DNA of 64,000 nucleotides from Sedimentisphaerales bacterium (lineage in GTDB: Bacteria > Planctomycetota > Phycisphaerae > Sedimentisphaerales > Anaerobacaceae), in contig JAXGYC010000010.1 of assembly GCA_040772485.1 (NCBI GenBank), positions 32,001 through 96,000 of the forward strand. The letters run 5' to 3'. Made by a program: the position numbers and the translations under genes. Positions within the stretch are counted from its first letter, which is position 1. Each line of letters starts with the position of its first letter. Of this stretch, positions 9,361 through 18,399 are shown one piece after another. The notes under the pieces were generated by a model that ran no database searches, had not been told where the DNA came from, and saw only the letters and a program-made list of their open reading frames with translations.

Positions 9361-9972
9361 TCATGTACTCGTACATCGCCCGCAGGCGGCAGTAGACAGT
9401 TCCTCTCGCCGCGATTTCAGTATCCTGTCGCGGACTTTTTCCGCAGGGTTACCTTGGTATATCGCATAAGGCTCCAAGTCCTTGGTGGCAACCGAATTCG
9501 CCGTCAGCACCGCGTGTGTTCCCACCGTCACGCCGGGCCCGACAAAAGCTCCCGCCGCTATCCAAGCTCCAGACTCAATCGTAACCGGTCTCAGTAGCAG
9601 ATCGAATCCGGGAGAGGTCCAGTCGTGACTGCCCGTGCAAAGCATCGCACGCTGAGAGACGCAAACGTTCGCACCTATCTCAATGCGATCAAGGTTCAGA
9701 ATCCAGCAGTCCTCCCCGAGCCAGGCGTTGTCCGCGATGGCAAGTTTCCAGGGAAACGTGATCTTGACACCAGGCTTGATGACGACGCCCTTCCCGACTT
9801 GAGCACCAAACCAACGAAGCAAGCGCCTCCTGAACCCGTAAAACGGAAACGGCATATGAAGAAAGGCTATGCTATGAACGATCAGCCAGAGGACCTCCTT
9901 CAACCGTCCCGCACCCCTATCGAGATTCCGTGCGCGAAATCGAGACAAACTGACTCTGGACGGGATATTCAT
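9361..9972 (-). CDS. wcaF: WcaF-like polysaccharide O-acetyltransferase (left-handed beta-helix)
   Basis: LLRWFGAQVGKGVVIKPGVKITFPWKL, CTGSHD, hexapeptide repeats, YQGNPA. Confidence 0.85.
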   Translation of the reverse strand: MNIPSRVSLSRFRARNLDRGAGRLKEVLWLIVHSIAFLHMPFPFYGFRRRLLRWFGAQVGKGVVIKPGVKITFPWKLAIADNAWLGEDCWILNLDRIEIGANVCVSQRAMLCTGSHDWTSPGFDLLLRPVTIESGAWIAAGAFVGPGVTVGTHAVLTANSVATKDLEPYAIYQGNPAEKVRDRILKSRREELSTAACGRCTST

Positions 9973-11061
9973 TCAATCCAGCTTCACGCAATCGGGCTGC
10001 GGGCCTTCACCCAGGACCCACTTGTAGACGTCGATCATCTCGGCGGCGATCCGGGGCCAGGCGAACTTCGATGCCACGAGGTTGCGGCCGTTGGCGCCCA
10101 TCTGCCTGTGCTCGGCATCGGACATCGACACCAGCCGTTCGAGGCCGCCGGCAATCGAATCGGCCTGTGGGCGGACCTCGACGGCGGCGCCGGCGACAAA
10201 GCCTTCGGGCAGGTTGCACTGGGCCGTCATGACGACGGGCAGGCCGTAGGACCACGCCTCCAGCACGGACATCGGCAGCCCCTCGCTGAAGGAAGGCAGA
10301 ATGAACGCATCGGCGTTCTGAAGGCACGCCCGCTTGGCGTCGTCGAACGCCGGACCGAGAAAGAGCACATCGCCCCCAAGGCCCTTCTCGCTAACCATCT
10401 TCTTCAGTTGGTCCTCGTGGCCGCCCTGGTCCCAACCTGCGACGACGAGCGCCCATTCGTCCGCCACCGTCGCATTCTGCGCCTTGAGCCGGCCCCACGC
10501 CTCGATCAGATTGGGCAGGCCCTTCTTCGGATGAATCCGCCCGAGGAACAGCGTGACCTTCCTGCCGGAGGCAACCTTGTCCGTCCAAGGCGGCGGCAAC
10601 TTCGCCCCGTCCGGCGGCAGGTCGATCCCGTTGGGGATGATCGCCACGGGATTCGTCAGACCGTACTCCCGGACGCTCTCGTACTCCGATTCGCAAAGCG
10701 CGTGAATACACGCCGCCGAACGCAGGTTCCGATTCTCGTACAGCCAGCCCGCCAGCTTCTTCTTCCACGCCGAGTTCCGAAGCGCCCACGGGTCCAGCAT
10801 CCCACGCGGTGAGATCAAATAGGGAACGCCCAGATTCCGTCCAACTGCAGCAGCAATCACAGAGGGGTAGAGCCATATGCCGTGGCAGTGCAAGATACAG
10901 GGCGCTGCCTTGAGCACCTCTCGTCTCATCGTGGCCGACGCGGCAAAGAAGGGAAGTCCGCCAGCAGGAAACACGCGAGGTTCCAAGGGCTGCCAAGCGA
11001 AGAGATCTTCTGTTGAATACTTGTCTTCAAGAGCATAGATAGGGACACGTGAACGAAACAT
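9973..11061 (-). pseudogene. Family 4 glycosyltransferase lacking its N-terminus
   Basis: HCHGIW, ISPRGMLDPWAL, FLGRIHPKKG, LPSFSEGLPMSVLEA. The first GT-B strand is missing and the ORF start lies inside wzc-derived sequence. Confidence 0.7.
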
Positions 11062-11500
11062 TGATGATCTCGTCCTTCTTGCCCACCATGACCTCCAGCT
11101 CGCGGCGCAGCTTCGTCACCGGGTTGTCGACGTCCGCGAAGGTCTTGAGGCCGGCCATGCCCGGCAGGGCCAGAGCCGCCGACAGCGTATCGGTCTGCTT
11201 GATCAACTCTGCCTGGGTGTAAAGGTAGTTCGTCCATCGGGTCACGACGCCGGAGGCGTCTTTCTCCCAGACCTCCGGCCCCGCCTGTTCGACGTAGATT
11301 CGCGATGTGCTGGTGTAACGAGGGGTGGCGCGCTGCAAGTAAACCATTCCCGCTACCATCGCCGCAACCGTCGTCAGCAAGACGGTCCAGCGACGCCGCC
11401 AGAGGATTTCGAACAGGCTCTCCGAGAACCCTTCAACCATCTCGGTGACCGGCACCGTCTCCGACGGCTCGGGCAAGCTGGCTTCCATTCGGCTGTTCAT
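11027..11500 (-). pseudogene. wzc: N-terminal fragment of a Wzc/GumC-like polysaccharide co-polymerase
   Basis: Wzz-type N-terminus (ILWRRRW, TM helix, PRYTSTSRIYV, TQAELI). Ends at 157 aa with no coiled coil, second TM or kinase domain. Confidence 0.75.
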
Positions 11501-11530
11501 CGTTTCCTCTCTGCCTGGCGCATCGACGGT

Positions 11531-12649
11531 CTAATCCCACAGGTCCCGGCCCTGAATGTAGATGCCGGTGTTGATCCGCACCAGGTTGTGGATCATCGCG
11601 TTGGCCCGGGTCCTCGGGGTGTGCTCGATGGCCACAACGTCGCCCGGACGGATCGGCGTGACCAGCGCCTCGGTGAATTCCCCCTTCTGGATCAACTGGA
11701 ACGGCACGCGCGCGACCGAGCCGTCCTCCGTCAGGCGGTAGATGGTCGCGTAGCGTGGTTCGGCCACGGGATCGAAGCCGCCGGCGTAGGCGATGGCCTG
11801 GGTCAGGTTGTACTCGGCGTTAGGCGGATAAGGGAAGTTGCCCGGCTTGCTGACCAGCCCCAGAACGCTGAACAGAGGCATTTGCGTCTGCTCCACGACC
11901 ACGGTGTCCCCTTCCTCCAGAGCCACATCCTGGAAGGGAATGTTCGTGTTGACGACCGGCAGCAGAATCGGTTCGCCGTTGGCGGTCTGGCTCTCCTGAC
12001 CGGTCTCGTCCGAGCGCACGATGCGCACCAGCGCTGCGCCCGCCTCGGCGATCCCGCCCGCCTCGGTCAGCAGACAGCTCAGCGTCATCTGGTCGGCCTG
12101 GAGCGTATAAACGCCCGGCTCTTCGACGGCGCCGGTAATGTATACCTTCGAGGTCTTGAACTCGCTGACGCGGACGAACACCGATGGCTCAAGGACGACG
12201 TAGCCGGCGTACGCTTGGGTGACCGCCTCCTCGATCTGCGAAAGAGACAGGCCCGCCACGTTCATCGAACCGATCGCCGGCAGGACGATCTCGCCACCGT
12301 CCCGCACGCGGCAGAAGTATGGATAGCTGCCCTCACTTCGCGTCTGTGCCGCCTGCGCCTCCTTGGCCGTAACCGCCTGGAGCAGCGCCGGCATGGTGAA
12401 CTCCAGAACGTCGCCTGCGACGACTCGATAGGGACCGGTCTTGAGCTTGGCCTTCTGGATGCGGTCCATGTCGACCGTCGGCACGGTGGAACGGGCCTGC
12501 TCGAAGGCCTCCAGTTCATCGGCCGTGGGCATCCGAACCTGGTCGGAGCAGCCCGACAAGAGGAGTGCTGCGAGGACCACGAGCACAGTCCCCAAGACTC
12601 TGCGCCCGGCGCGCACGTGCCGGCGCTGCGTACTCTCTGCGAGGTTCAC
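11531..12649 (-). CDS. wza: Polysaccharide export lipoprotein (Wza/Poly_export with SLBB domains)
   Basis: Lipobox LLSGC; YRVVAGDVL; VYITGAVEEPGVY; VLGLVSKPGNF. Confidence 0.85.
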   Translation of the reverse strand: MNLAESTQRRHVRAGRRVLGTVLVVLAALLLSGCSDQVRMPTADELEAFEQARSTVPTVDMDRIQKAKLKTGPYRVVAGDVLEFTMPALLQAVTAKEAQAAQTRSEGSYPYFCRVRDGGEIVLPAIGSMNVAGLSLSQIEEAVTQAYAGYVVLEPSVFVRVSEFKTSKVYITGAVEEPGVYTLQADQMTLSCLLTEAGGIAEAGAALVRIVRSDETGQESQTANGEPILLPVVNTNIPFQDVALEEGDTVVVEQTQMPLFSVLGLVSKPGNFPYPPNAEYNLTQAIAYAGGFDPVAEPRYATIYRLTEDGSVARVPFQLIQKGEFTEALVTPIRPGDVVAIEHTPRTRANAMIHNLVRINTGIYIQGRDLWD

Positions 12650-12791
12650 TTGTTGACTCCCCTACGAATGTCCGCCCGTGATCCTCTCGCGGGTGGACTT
12701 CAATGTGACAGCAACTCCCCCCTGCGGGCAGCCTGTCGCTGGACAGCATCCGCCCGTCGGACTTCAGCCTACTTCGGCCAGAATCTCGCGG

Positions 12792-13178
12792 CTACCACCA
12801 CCAGCCCGACCAGATCGGCGGCCGAGGCACCCAGTACGGCGGTCCCGGCGCCCAGTACGGTGGCCCCGGCGGCCAATACGGTGGCCCCGGCGCCCAGTAC
12901 GGTGGCCCCGGCGGCCAATACGGCGGCCACGGCGGCTTGCACGGGCTGCGCGGCCACCACCAGTCCGGGCAGTGGACCTTGCCATAGCCGCCGCCCAGAG
13001 CAACCACGTTTGTCGCCATCGCCTGCTGAAGCGCGATCGTCGTCGCAGGACTCACGACGCGCGATCCCGGAGCCGCATCACCCGGCGTCACCAGCAGGAC
13101 AAACAACAACAGCACCGCCCCGGATGTCAGCAGCCTGGCAAACGCGGTTCTTCGCCTCGTCGTTCCTTTCGCGTCCAT
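12792..13178 (-). CDS. Small secreted Pro/Trp-rich repeat protein, (PPYWxPG)n
   Basis: GGAAAGGA upstream of the ATG, signal-peptide-like N-terminus, and an in-frame 21-bp repeat. Confidence 0.6.
   Translation of the reverse strand: MDAKGTTRRRTAFARLLTSGAVLLLFVLLVTPGDAAPGSRVVSPATTIALQQAMATNVVALGGGYGKVHCPDWWWPRSPCKPPWPPYWPPGPPYWAPGPPYWPPGPPYWAPGPPYWVPRPPIWSGWWW
12810..12926. repeat. 21-bp coding tandem repeat (about 5.5 units)
   Basis: Units such as CCAGTACGGTGGCCCCGGCGG and CCAATACGGTGGCCCCGGCGC alternate. Confidence 0.9.
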
Positions 13179-13401
13179 GGGTATCCTTTCCCACAAGGCA
13201 CTTACACCGCTACAGGATCGATCTCTCCATCACTTCCTCGAAACCAAGTCACGTCAAGTAGGCTGAAACCGCGGAGAAGCGGAAGGCCTGTCTATTAGGG
13301 AAAACACGTATTTGACAATGGGCAATCAGGACAAGATGCGAGACCACAATGTCGAACCGCGCGTCACCGAACGCTCTGTCCACTGTGTCCGACGCGTCTC
13401 G

Positions 13402-15279
13402 CTATGGATCACTCCTGCGCGGCAGCGTCCTGAGCTTCCGCCCTACTGCCAGGGCCTCGTCGTGACGGCCGGTGTGTTGATAGGCCTGCTCCAGGCACAG
13501 CAGCACCTGCTCGTTGTCTTCGTGCCCTTCTCTGGCCCTCTCCAGATACGGGATCGCCTCGGCGAACTTGCTCTGATTGACCAGCAGATGGCCCAGCCAG
13601 CGCAGCGCGAAGAAGGTCTCCTGAATCTCCAGCGAGCGCACCAGCAGCGCAGGGACCTCATCCGTCCTCTTGAGGCGCAGCAGGCTCTTCGCCGCATCGT
13701 TAAGGAAGATCGTGCTCCAGGGAACCGTGTGGCAGAGGGCGCGACACTCGTGATAGGCTTCCAGGTAGCGGCCTTCCCTCTCGTGCCGTTGCGCCAAATC
13801 GTCGTGAGCAAGGATGATGCTGTAAGCGTCGTCGGTCAGAACACGCAGGGCCAGGGTATCCACCTCGCCCTGCGGCTGAAACGATTCAAGGCTCCGATTC
13901 GGTCCAGCCTGAGGCTGAAAAGGCCAGCCTCCCTTGAGATACCGAATGCTGAGTTCCGCGCAGGCCATGTCGAGGTCCGTCATGCCCCAGTTCTGTCGGT
14001 GGTGCTCGATCGGCTTGACGGCAGCGTCGTCCCACGGCAGATCGATCACCTTCGCGTCTCGGATCGTATCGAAGAAGGCCTCGGCCATGAGGAAGCAGCC
14101 GTCCACGTTCGGATGGAGATGATCCACCATGAGATGGTCCCCGATGATGCCCTCGGGCGAAGCGGCCTCGAAACGCGATTTCATCGGAACGACCGCCCCG
14201 CCGTAACGCCGCGCCGCATCATGGATGATCTCGTTGAATTCCTCCGAGGCCCGAAATCGCAACGCATCCAGGTCCTTGGCTCTGGTGTAGAGGCGCTTGG
14301 CCTGTTCGTGGTCCCCCTCCCGGTCCAGCGCCTGCGCATCGCGGAACACCAGGTCGGCGGCAGGGGCCGAACCCGTCGCCACGGAAACGAAGGGTCGCTG
14401 GTTTCGCACGTTGCTGACCAGCTCGCTGATCACAATGGGGACCCCGGCGGCGCGAGCCTTCTGATAGACGTGATCGAGGTTCTCCGCGAATTGCCGTGTC
14501 CCCTGCCGGTAGAGTTTGCCGTCGAGAGCAATGGCCTTCGCGCCCACCATTCGCTCCATGAGGGTGGCGCTCGGATCGTGATCGACGCCCTGTTTCCGCA
14601 CGCCTCTCACCAGGCCAACAGCATCTTGCGCCAGCACAAACAGCTTCAGTCGGCGCAGCTTCAGGTAGGCTCTGGCCACCGCGGGGCTTTGGCCCAGAGA
14701 CTCGCGTGACGCCACGCCCAGCGCGCCATAGAATTCGTTGTGTCCCGAGTAGATCAGAATCGCGTCCGGCTTGTGCCCGAGGATCTCGTCCAGGAAATCG
14801 AGCTGCGTGTAGGTGTTCGTGGCGGACATGGCGGTGTTGACGATCTCGATCTTCCGGTCGGGAAACGCCTCCTGTAGCCGGACGTTCAGGATGCGTGAGA
14901 ACATCAGGTTATTGCCATACGGGAAACCGGCAGCCGTCGAGCCACCCAGAACGAACATGCGAACCCCGTTCGAGGGCTTGTCCTTGAGGAACGCATCCCA
15001 GGACGGCTTGGGCACCTTCGCCAGGTAGGGAAAGTACGGCCGTCCAATCTCGCGGTTGCAGATCAGGAAACGCCCCCCTTCGACCGGGGCGGCGACGAAG
15101 AGCCGAGGATCGCCGCCGTAACGGAACAGACGCAGGCACCCCTCCACCAATAGGAGCAATGCACCGGACAGGACCAAGGCGATGAAGGCAAATGCGATCC
15201 TCTTCTTCCGGCTCAGCACAACGCGAGGAGTCGACCGCTTGCCCTTGCTTCTCTTCGCCTTCCTGGACTGCATAGCCAT
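13402..15279 (-). CDS. Membrane-anchored SGNH/GDSL-like hydrolase with C-terminal TPRs
   Basis: N-terminal TM; FVLGGSTAAG, YSGHNE and VDHLHP blocks; TPR-like C-terminus. Confidence 0.75.
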   Translation of the reverse strand: MAMQSRKAKRSKGKRSTPRVVLSRKKRIAFAFIALVLSGALLLLVEGCLRLFRYGGDPRLFVAAPVEGGRFLICNREIGRPYFPYLAKVPKPSWDAFLKDKPSNGVRMFVLGGSTAAGFPYGNNLMFSRILNVRLQEAFPDRKIEIVNTAMSATNTYTQLDFLDEILGHKPDAILIYSGHNEFYGALGVASRESLGQSPAVARAYLKLRRLKLFVLAQDAVGLVRGVRKQGVDHDPSATLMERMVGAKAIALDGKLYRQGTRQFAENLDHVYQKARAAGVPIVISELVSNVRNQRPFVSVATGSAPAADLVFRDAQALDREGDHEQAKRLYTRAKDLDALRFRASEEFNEIIHDAARRYGGAVVPMKSRFEAASPEGIIGDHLMVDHLHPNVDGCFLMAEAFFDTIRDAKVIDLPWDDAAVKPIEHHRQNWGMTDLDMACAELSIRYLKGGWPFQPQAGPNRSLESFQPQGEVDTLALRVLTDDAYSIILAHDDLAQRHEREGRYLEAYHECRALCHTVPWSTIFLNDAAKSLLRLKRTDEVPALLVRSLEIQETFFALRWLGHLLVNQSKFAEAIPYLERAREGHEDNEQVLLCLEQAYQHTGRHDEALAVGRKLRTLPRRSDP

Positions 15280-15648
15280 CCGTTCCCCTTGACAGCCATT
15301 CATGTCCTCCGGATACGGCCGCACCTGAACGCGATTCCTCCTTCGCCTTCATGCGGGCCTTCCGTGCATCACGCCTTTTATGATACCACGGCAGGCGCAC
15401 CGGCCTCAACCGTCCGCTCACCTCTGAGCGCATCCGGGGCTGCCGGCCGGTTTACATATTGACAGACAATGCTGGTCCACATAGGCTTGTGCCATGCAGA
15501 CAAACGCGCGGACAATGACTTTCGGGTGTGCCCATCCTGCCCGCCGGCAACAGGCCGGCCGAGAACGCGCGTTCTTTCCATAGGGCGACCGGCGTCGCGT
15601 GTTCGCAGTTCCCCGGCCCGGCGGGCAAATGCGGCAAGGAGGTGCGTC

Positions 15649-16917
15649 ATGGTAGTGCGGCAAAGGCATTTCTGCGTTGGGCTTCTGTGTGTGGCATCGT
15701 TGATGGCTTGTCCAGGCGCGTGGGGTGCACAGCCTCCGGCCGTTCCCGACCCCAGCATCATGCTGCCCCTGGTTCCCACCGCGGCGCAGGCGGGCGCCCC
15801 GCCCTGTATCCAGCCGGGCACGAGATTGACGTACTTCGGGATGACCGCCAGTATCCCGGGCGAATACGGCAAGCTCGTGCAGGACGACGAGGGCAATTGG
15901 ATCGACAAGAACACCGGCACGCGCTACCGCCAGGAGAAGATCGGTGCCAGTGGCAGTGCAGCCTTCAACGTCGTGTCCGTCGGCCACGTCGGTGGCGGCG
16001 TTGTGGAGTTGTCCACGAAGCTCTACTCGCTCGACACCGCCACGAGGAAGTGCGGGTTTGCCGTCGGGGGAGGAATGGTCGGCCACGCCGGCTGCGCCGC
16101 CGATTACTGGATTCATCCCGATGTGCTCGCCCAGGTGGCCGAGGTCAATGCGCAAGGCGTCCGCATCCTGCGGATGCCCTACACACTGGAAGGAAGAACG
16201 TATCGGGCGATCCGCTTTCAGACCGACGACATTTCCGGCTACCAGGCGCATGTGTACGACCTGGACACCGGGCTGATGATCTTTCACGCCTCGCGGAGAC
16301 AGGGACAGTCGGTACTCACGGCGCCGATCGGGGGCGAGGGCATGGCCGGGATGGGAGAAGGAAGCGCTCAACTGGTCACTCTATGGCTCGTGGAGCGCAA
16401 GGACATTGACGTGCCGTGGAAGAACGCGCCGCCGCCGCAGTGGATCGAGCGGTTCGGGCAACTGTCGTATCGGGGTGTGCAGACGTCGGTGGTCTCGGTC
16501 GCCGGGTCGAAGCTGGATCGGGCGATGACCGCAACGCTCACGCCGAAGGCCTGCGGGCCCGGCTGGGTGCGATTCACCAACCGATATCTCTTCGAGTCGC
16601 TGCCGGGCATGCCGCCCCCCGAGGCGACGCAGGACGGCGCCTCGGGGGCCGCGACCATCGGCGGCCTGTGGATCTCGCCGCAGGCCCTGGGCAATCTGCG
16701 GCCGGGCCAAACGATCGAGACCAACGAAAAGGTGGGTACGACCGTCAGCGTCAGCGACGTGCGGCCGGGCGCCGTGACAGTCAGCGAGGTCGGACCGCTG
16801 CATCGCACCGACTGCACCTACGACACGAGAACCGGCGTCTTGTCCGCGATGACGCTCGTCCAACAGATCGGACTGGCAAGCATCACGCACAGAATCCAGT
16901 TGGTCAGCCCGCCGTAG
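15649..16917 (+). CDS. Secreted hypothetical protein
   Basis: AAGGAGG RBS, signal peptide, long ORF with protein-like composition. Confidence 0.7.
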   Translation: MVVRQRHFCVGLLCVASLMACPGAWGAQPPAVPDPSIMLPLVPTAAQAGAPPCIQPGTRLTYFGMTASIPGEYGKLVQDDEGNWIDKNTGTRYRQEKIGASGSAAFNVVSVGHVGGGVVELSTKLYSLDTATRKCGFAVGGGMVGHAGCAADYWIHPDVLAQVAEVNAQGVRILRMPYTLEGRTYRAIRFQTDDISGYQAHVYDLDTGLMIFHASRRQGQSVLTAPIGGEGMAGMGEGSAQLVTLWLVERKDIDVPWKNAPPPQWIERFGQLSYRGVQTSVVSVAGSKLDRAMTATLTPKACGPGWVRFTNRYLFESLPGMPPPEATQDGASGAATIGGLWISPQALGNLRPGQTIETNEKVGTTVSVSDVRPGAVTVSEVGPLHRTDCTYDTRTGVLSAMTLVQQIGLASITHRIQLVSPP

Positions 16918-16995
16918 CCAGGACAGGAGTCGTAAGGCCGGCGGCCAGGACACCTGCGTTGTGCATCCAGGCGGCACGAACCACAAACGCCGTCC

Positions 16996-18167
16996 TCAAC
17001 GCGCCCGGCAGGACTTGAACCTGCAACCTTCGGATTCGAAGTTCGATCTGGCCGTTTGTAAGTCTTTGCCACAAAACGACTAATGATTGACACATAACGA
17101 CTTATGGATGCTGGCCGTGGCGCGCCCGAAGCCCAAAAGTAGCCCAAACGAAGGCACTTGTGGCGCATTTTGTGGCGCGCCCCCGGCTTGGGTCGGTCCA
17201 TCGTGCGTTCTGGATACGAAATCCGAATGTCGCAGCGAAATGCCGGATCAACTCTATCCGCCCGAACGGCGTCGCGCACTGTCGCGCGTCCCGGCGCTCG
17301 ACCCCTGGCGACTCTTAGACAGCCTTCTATGGTTCAGATAAGCATGCTCCCATCCGGAAAGCGGATCGCCTTTAGTGCGGTCCAACATCGAGAAGGATGT
17401 AGAGCAATGCCAACATGATATCCGCCACAGCTACAGCACGCAGCAGGTGGTCCATGTACCTTCCTGCTTCAAACGGTTTCGTGTGGCCCTCTGTACCGCC
17501 ATGCGACGGGGCGAGTTGCTGAATGCGACTTGGCAGGATATCGACTTCCTGAACATGACCATTGACGTGGCCCCCAAGAAAGAGACTCAGCACACGTGGG
17601 AATGGCACATCAAGGACACGGACCGCCGAACTCTGCCGCTAACGCCGGAAGTGGTCAAGCTGCTGGCCGAACATCAGGACAAGCAGCCTACAGGTTGTCC
17701 CTATGTGTTCGTTCCGGCGGATCGGTACGACTACATCCAGGCACAGCGCGAGGCGGGCAAGTGGAGGCTTGAGCACGGGCTTTGCCCGGTCAACAACTTC
17801 ACACGTCGTTTTCAGAGCGTGCTGGCGTTGGCAGGGATCGAGAGCCGGGAGTTCCACGATCTTCGGCGGACGTGTTTGAGTCAGTGGCTCGCCGATGGGC
17901 TTAGAGAGTTCGACGTCATGAACTTGGCGGGCCATGCCTGCTTCGAGACCACCCGCACGTTCTACCTATCGGTTCGGCGGGACTTGATCGACCGCGCGAG
18001 AGTCGTTTCCGAGAGATCGGAAGAGCGTCGTTTTGTTGCGCGCTTGTTGCGCGCCCCCTCTGAATGTCACTCAATGGAAAAGGCTCCCATAGATAAGTCT
18101 CTGGAAGCCTTTGACTTACATCAACGCGCCCGGCAGGACTTGAACCTGCAACCTTCGGATTCGAAGT
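16996..18167. mobile_element. Remnant tRNA-integrated element bounded by 47-bp direct repeats (att sites)
   Basis: 16996-17042 is identical to 18121-18167 (tRNA 3' half). The element contains a tyrosine integrase catalytic domain. Confidence 0.9.
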
Positions 18168-18187
18168 CCGCGACTCTATCCAATTGA
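17478..18187 (+). pseudogene. Tyrosine recombinase/integrase, catalytic C-terminal half only
   Basis: ALCTAMRRGELL, HIKD..R, FHDLRRT, LAGH....T..FY motifs; N-terminal DNA-binding domains absent. The start coordinate is approximate. Confidence 0.85.
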
Positions 18188-18198
18188 GCTACGGGCGC
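18125..18198 (-). tRNA. tRNA-Arg (anticodon TCG), CCA not encoded
   Basis: GCGCCCG acceptor stem, TAGCTCAATTGGATAGAG D-arm, CTTCGAA anticodon loop, GGTTCAAGTCC T-arm. Confidence 0.95.
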
Positions 18199-18216
18199 AG
18201 CAACCGAAGTGGAGGT

Positions 18217-18245
18217 ACTATAGGGCCCAGCCGGAGCGTCGTCAA
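18217..18245 (-). promoter_or_regulatory. Sigma70 promoter of the tRNA
   Basis: TTGACG-N17-TATAGT on the minus strand, with an upstream A-tract. Confidence 0.7.
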
Positions 18246-18399
18246 CCTTTTTCGCAACCCCGGCTCGTCTCCCATGCCGCGCCACGCAGAATCCATACGG
18301 CAGGCGGTCGGCTGCGATTTCGACGGGCGTTGACGACATCCGCTTGGCGGCATACCATCTGGCCAGCAGTCCATGGAATAGTCGCAGGAGAACTGCACG

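Noticed and set aside
16996..17042. Second tRNA-Arg gene
   Set aside because: Only the 3' half is present, with no D-arm or 5' acceptor strand; it is the att duplication.
17375..17477. Intact integrase starting at 17375
   Set aside because: The first ~35 codons show no integrase character and the arm/core-binding domains are absent; this looks like chance in-frame sequence across a deletion junction.
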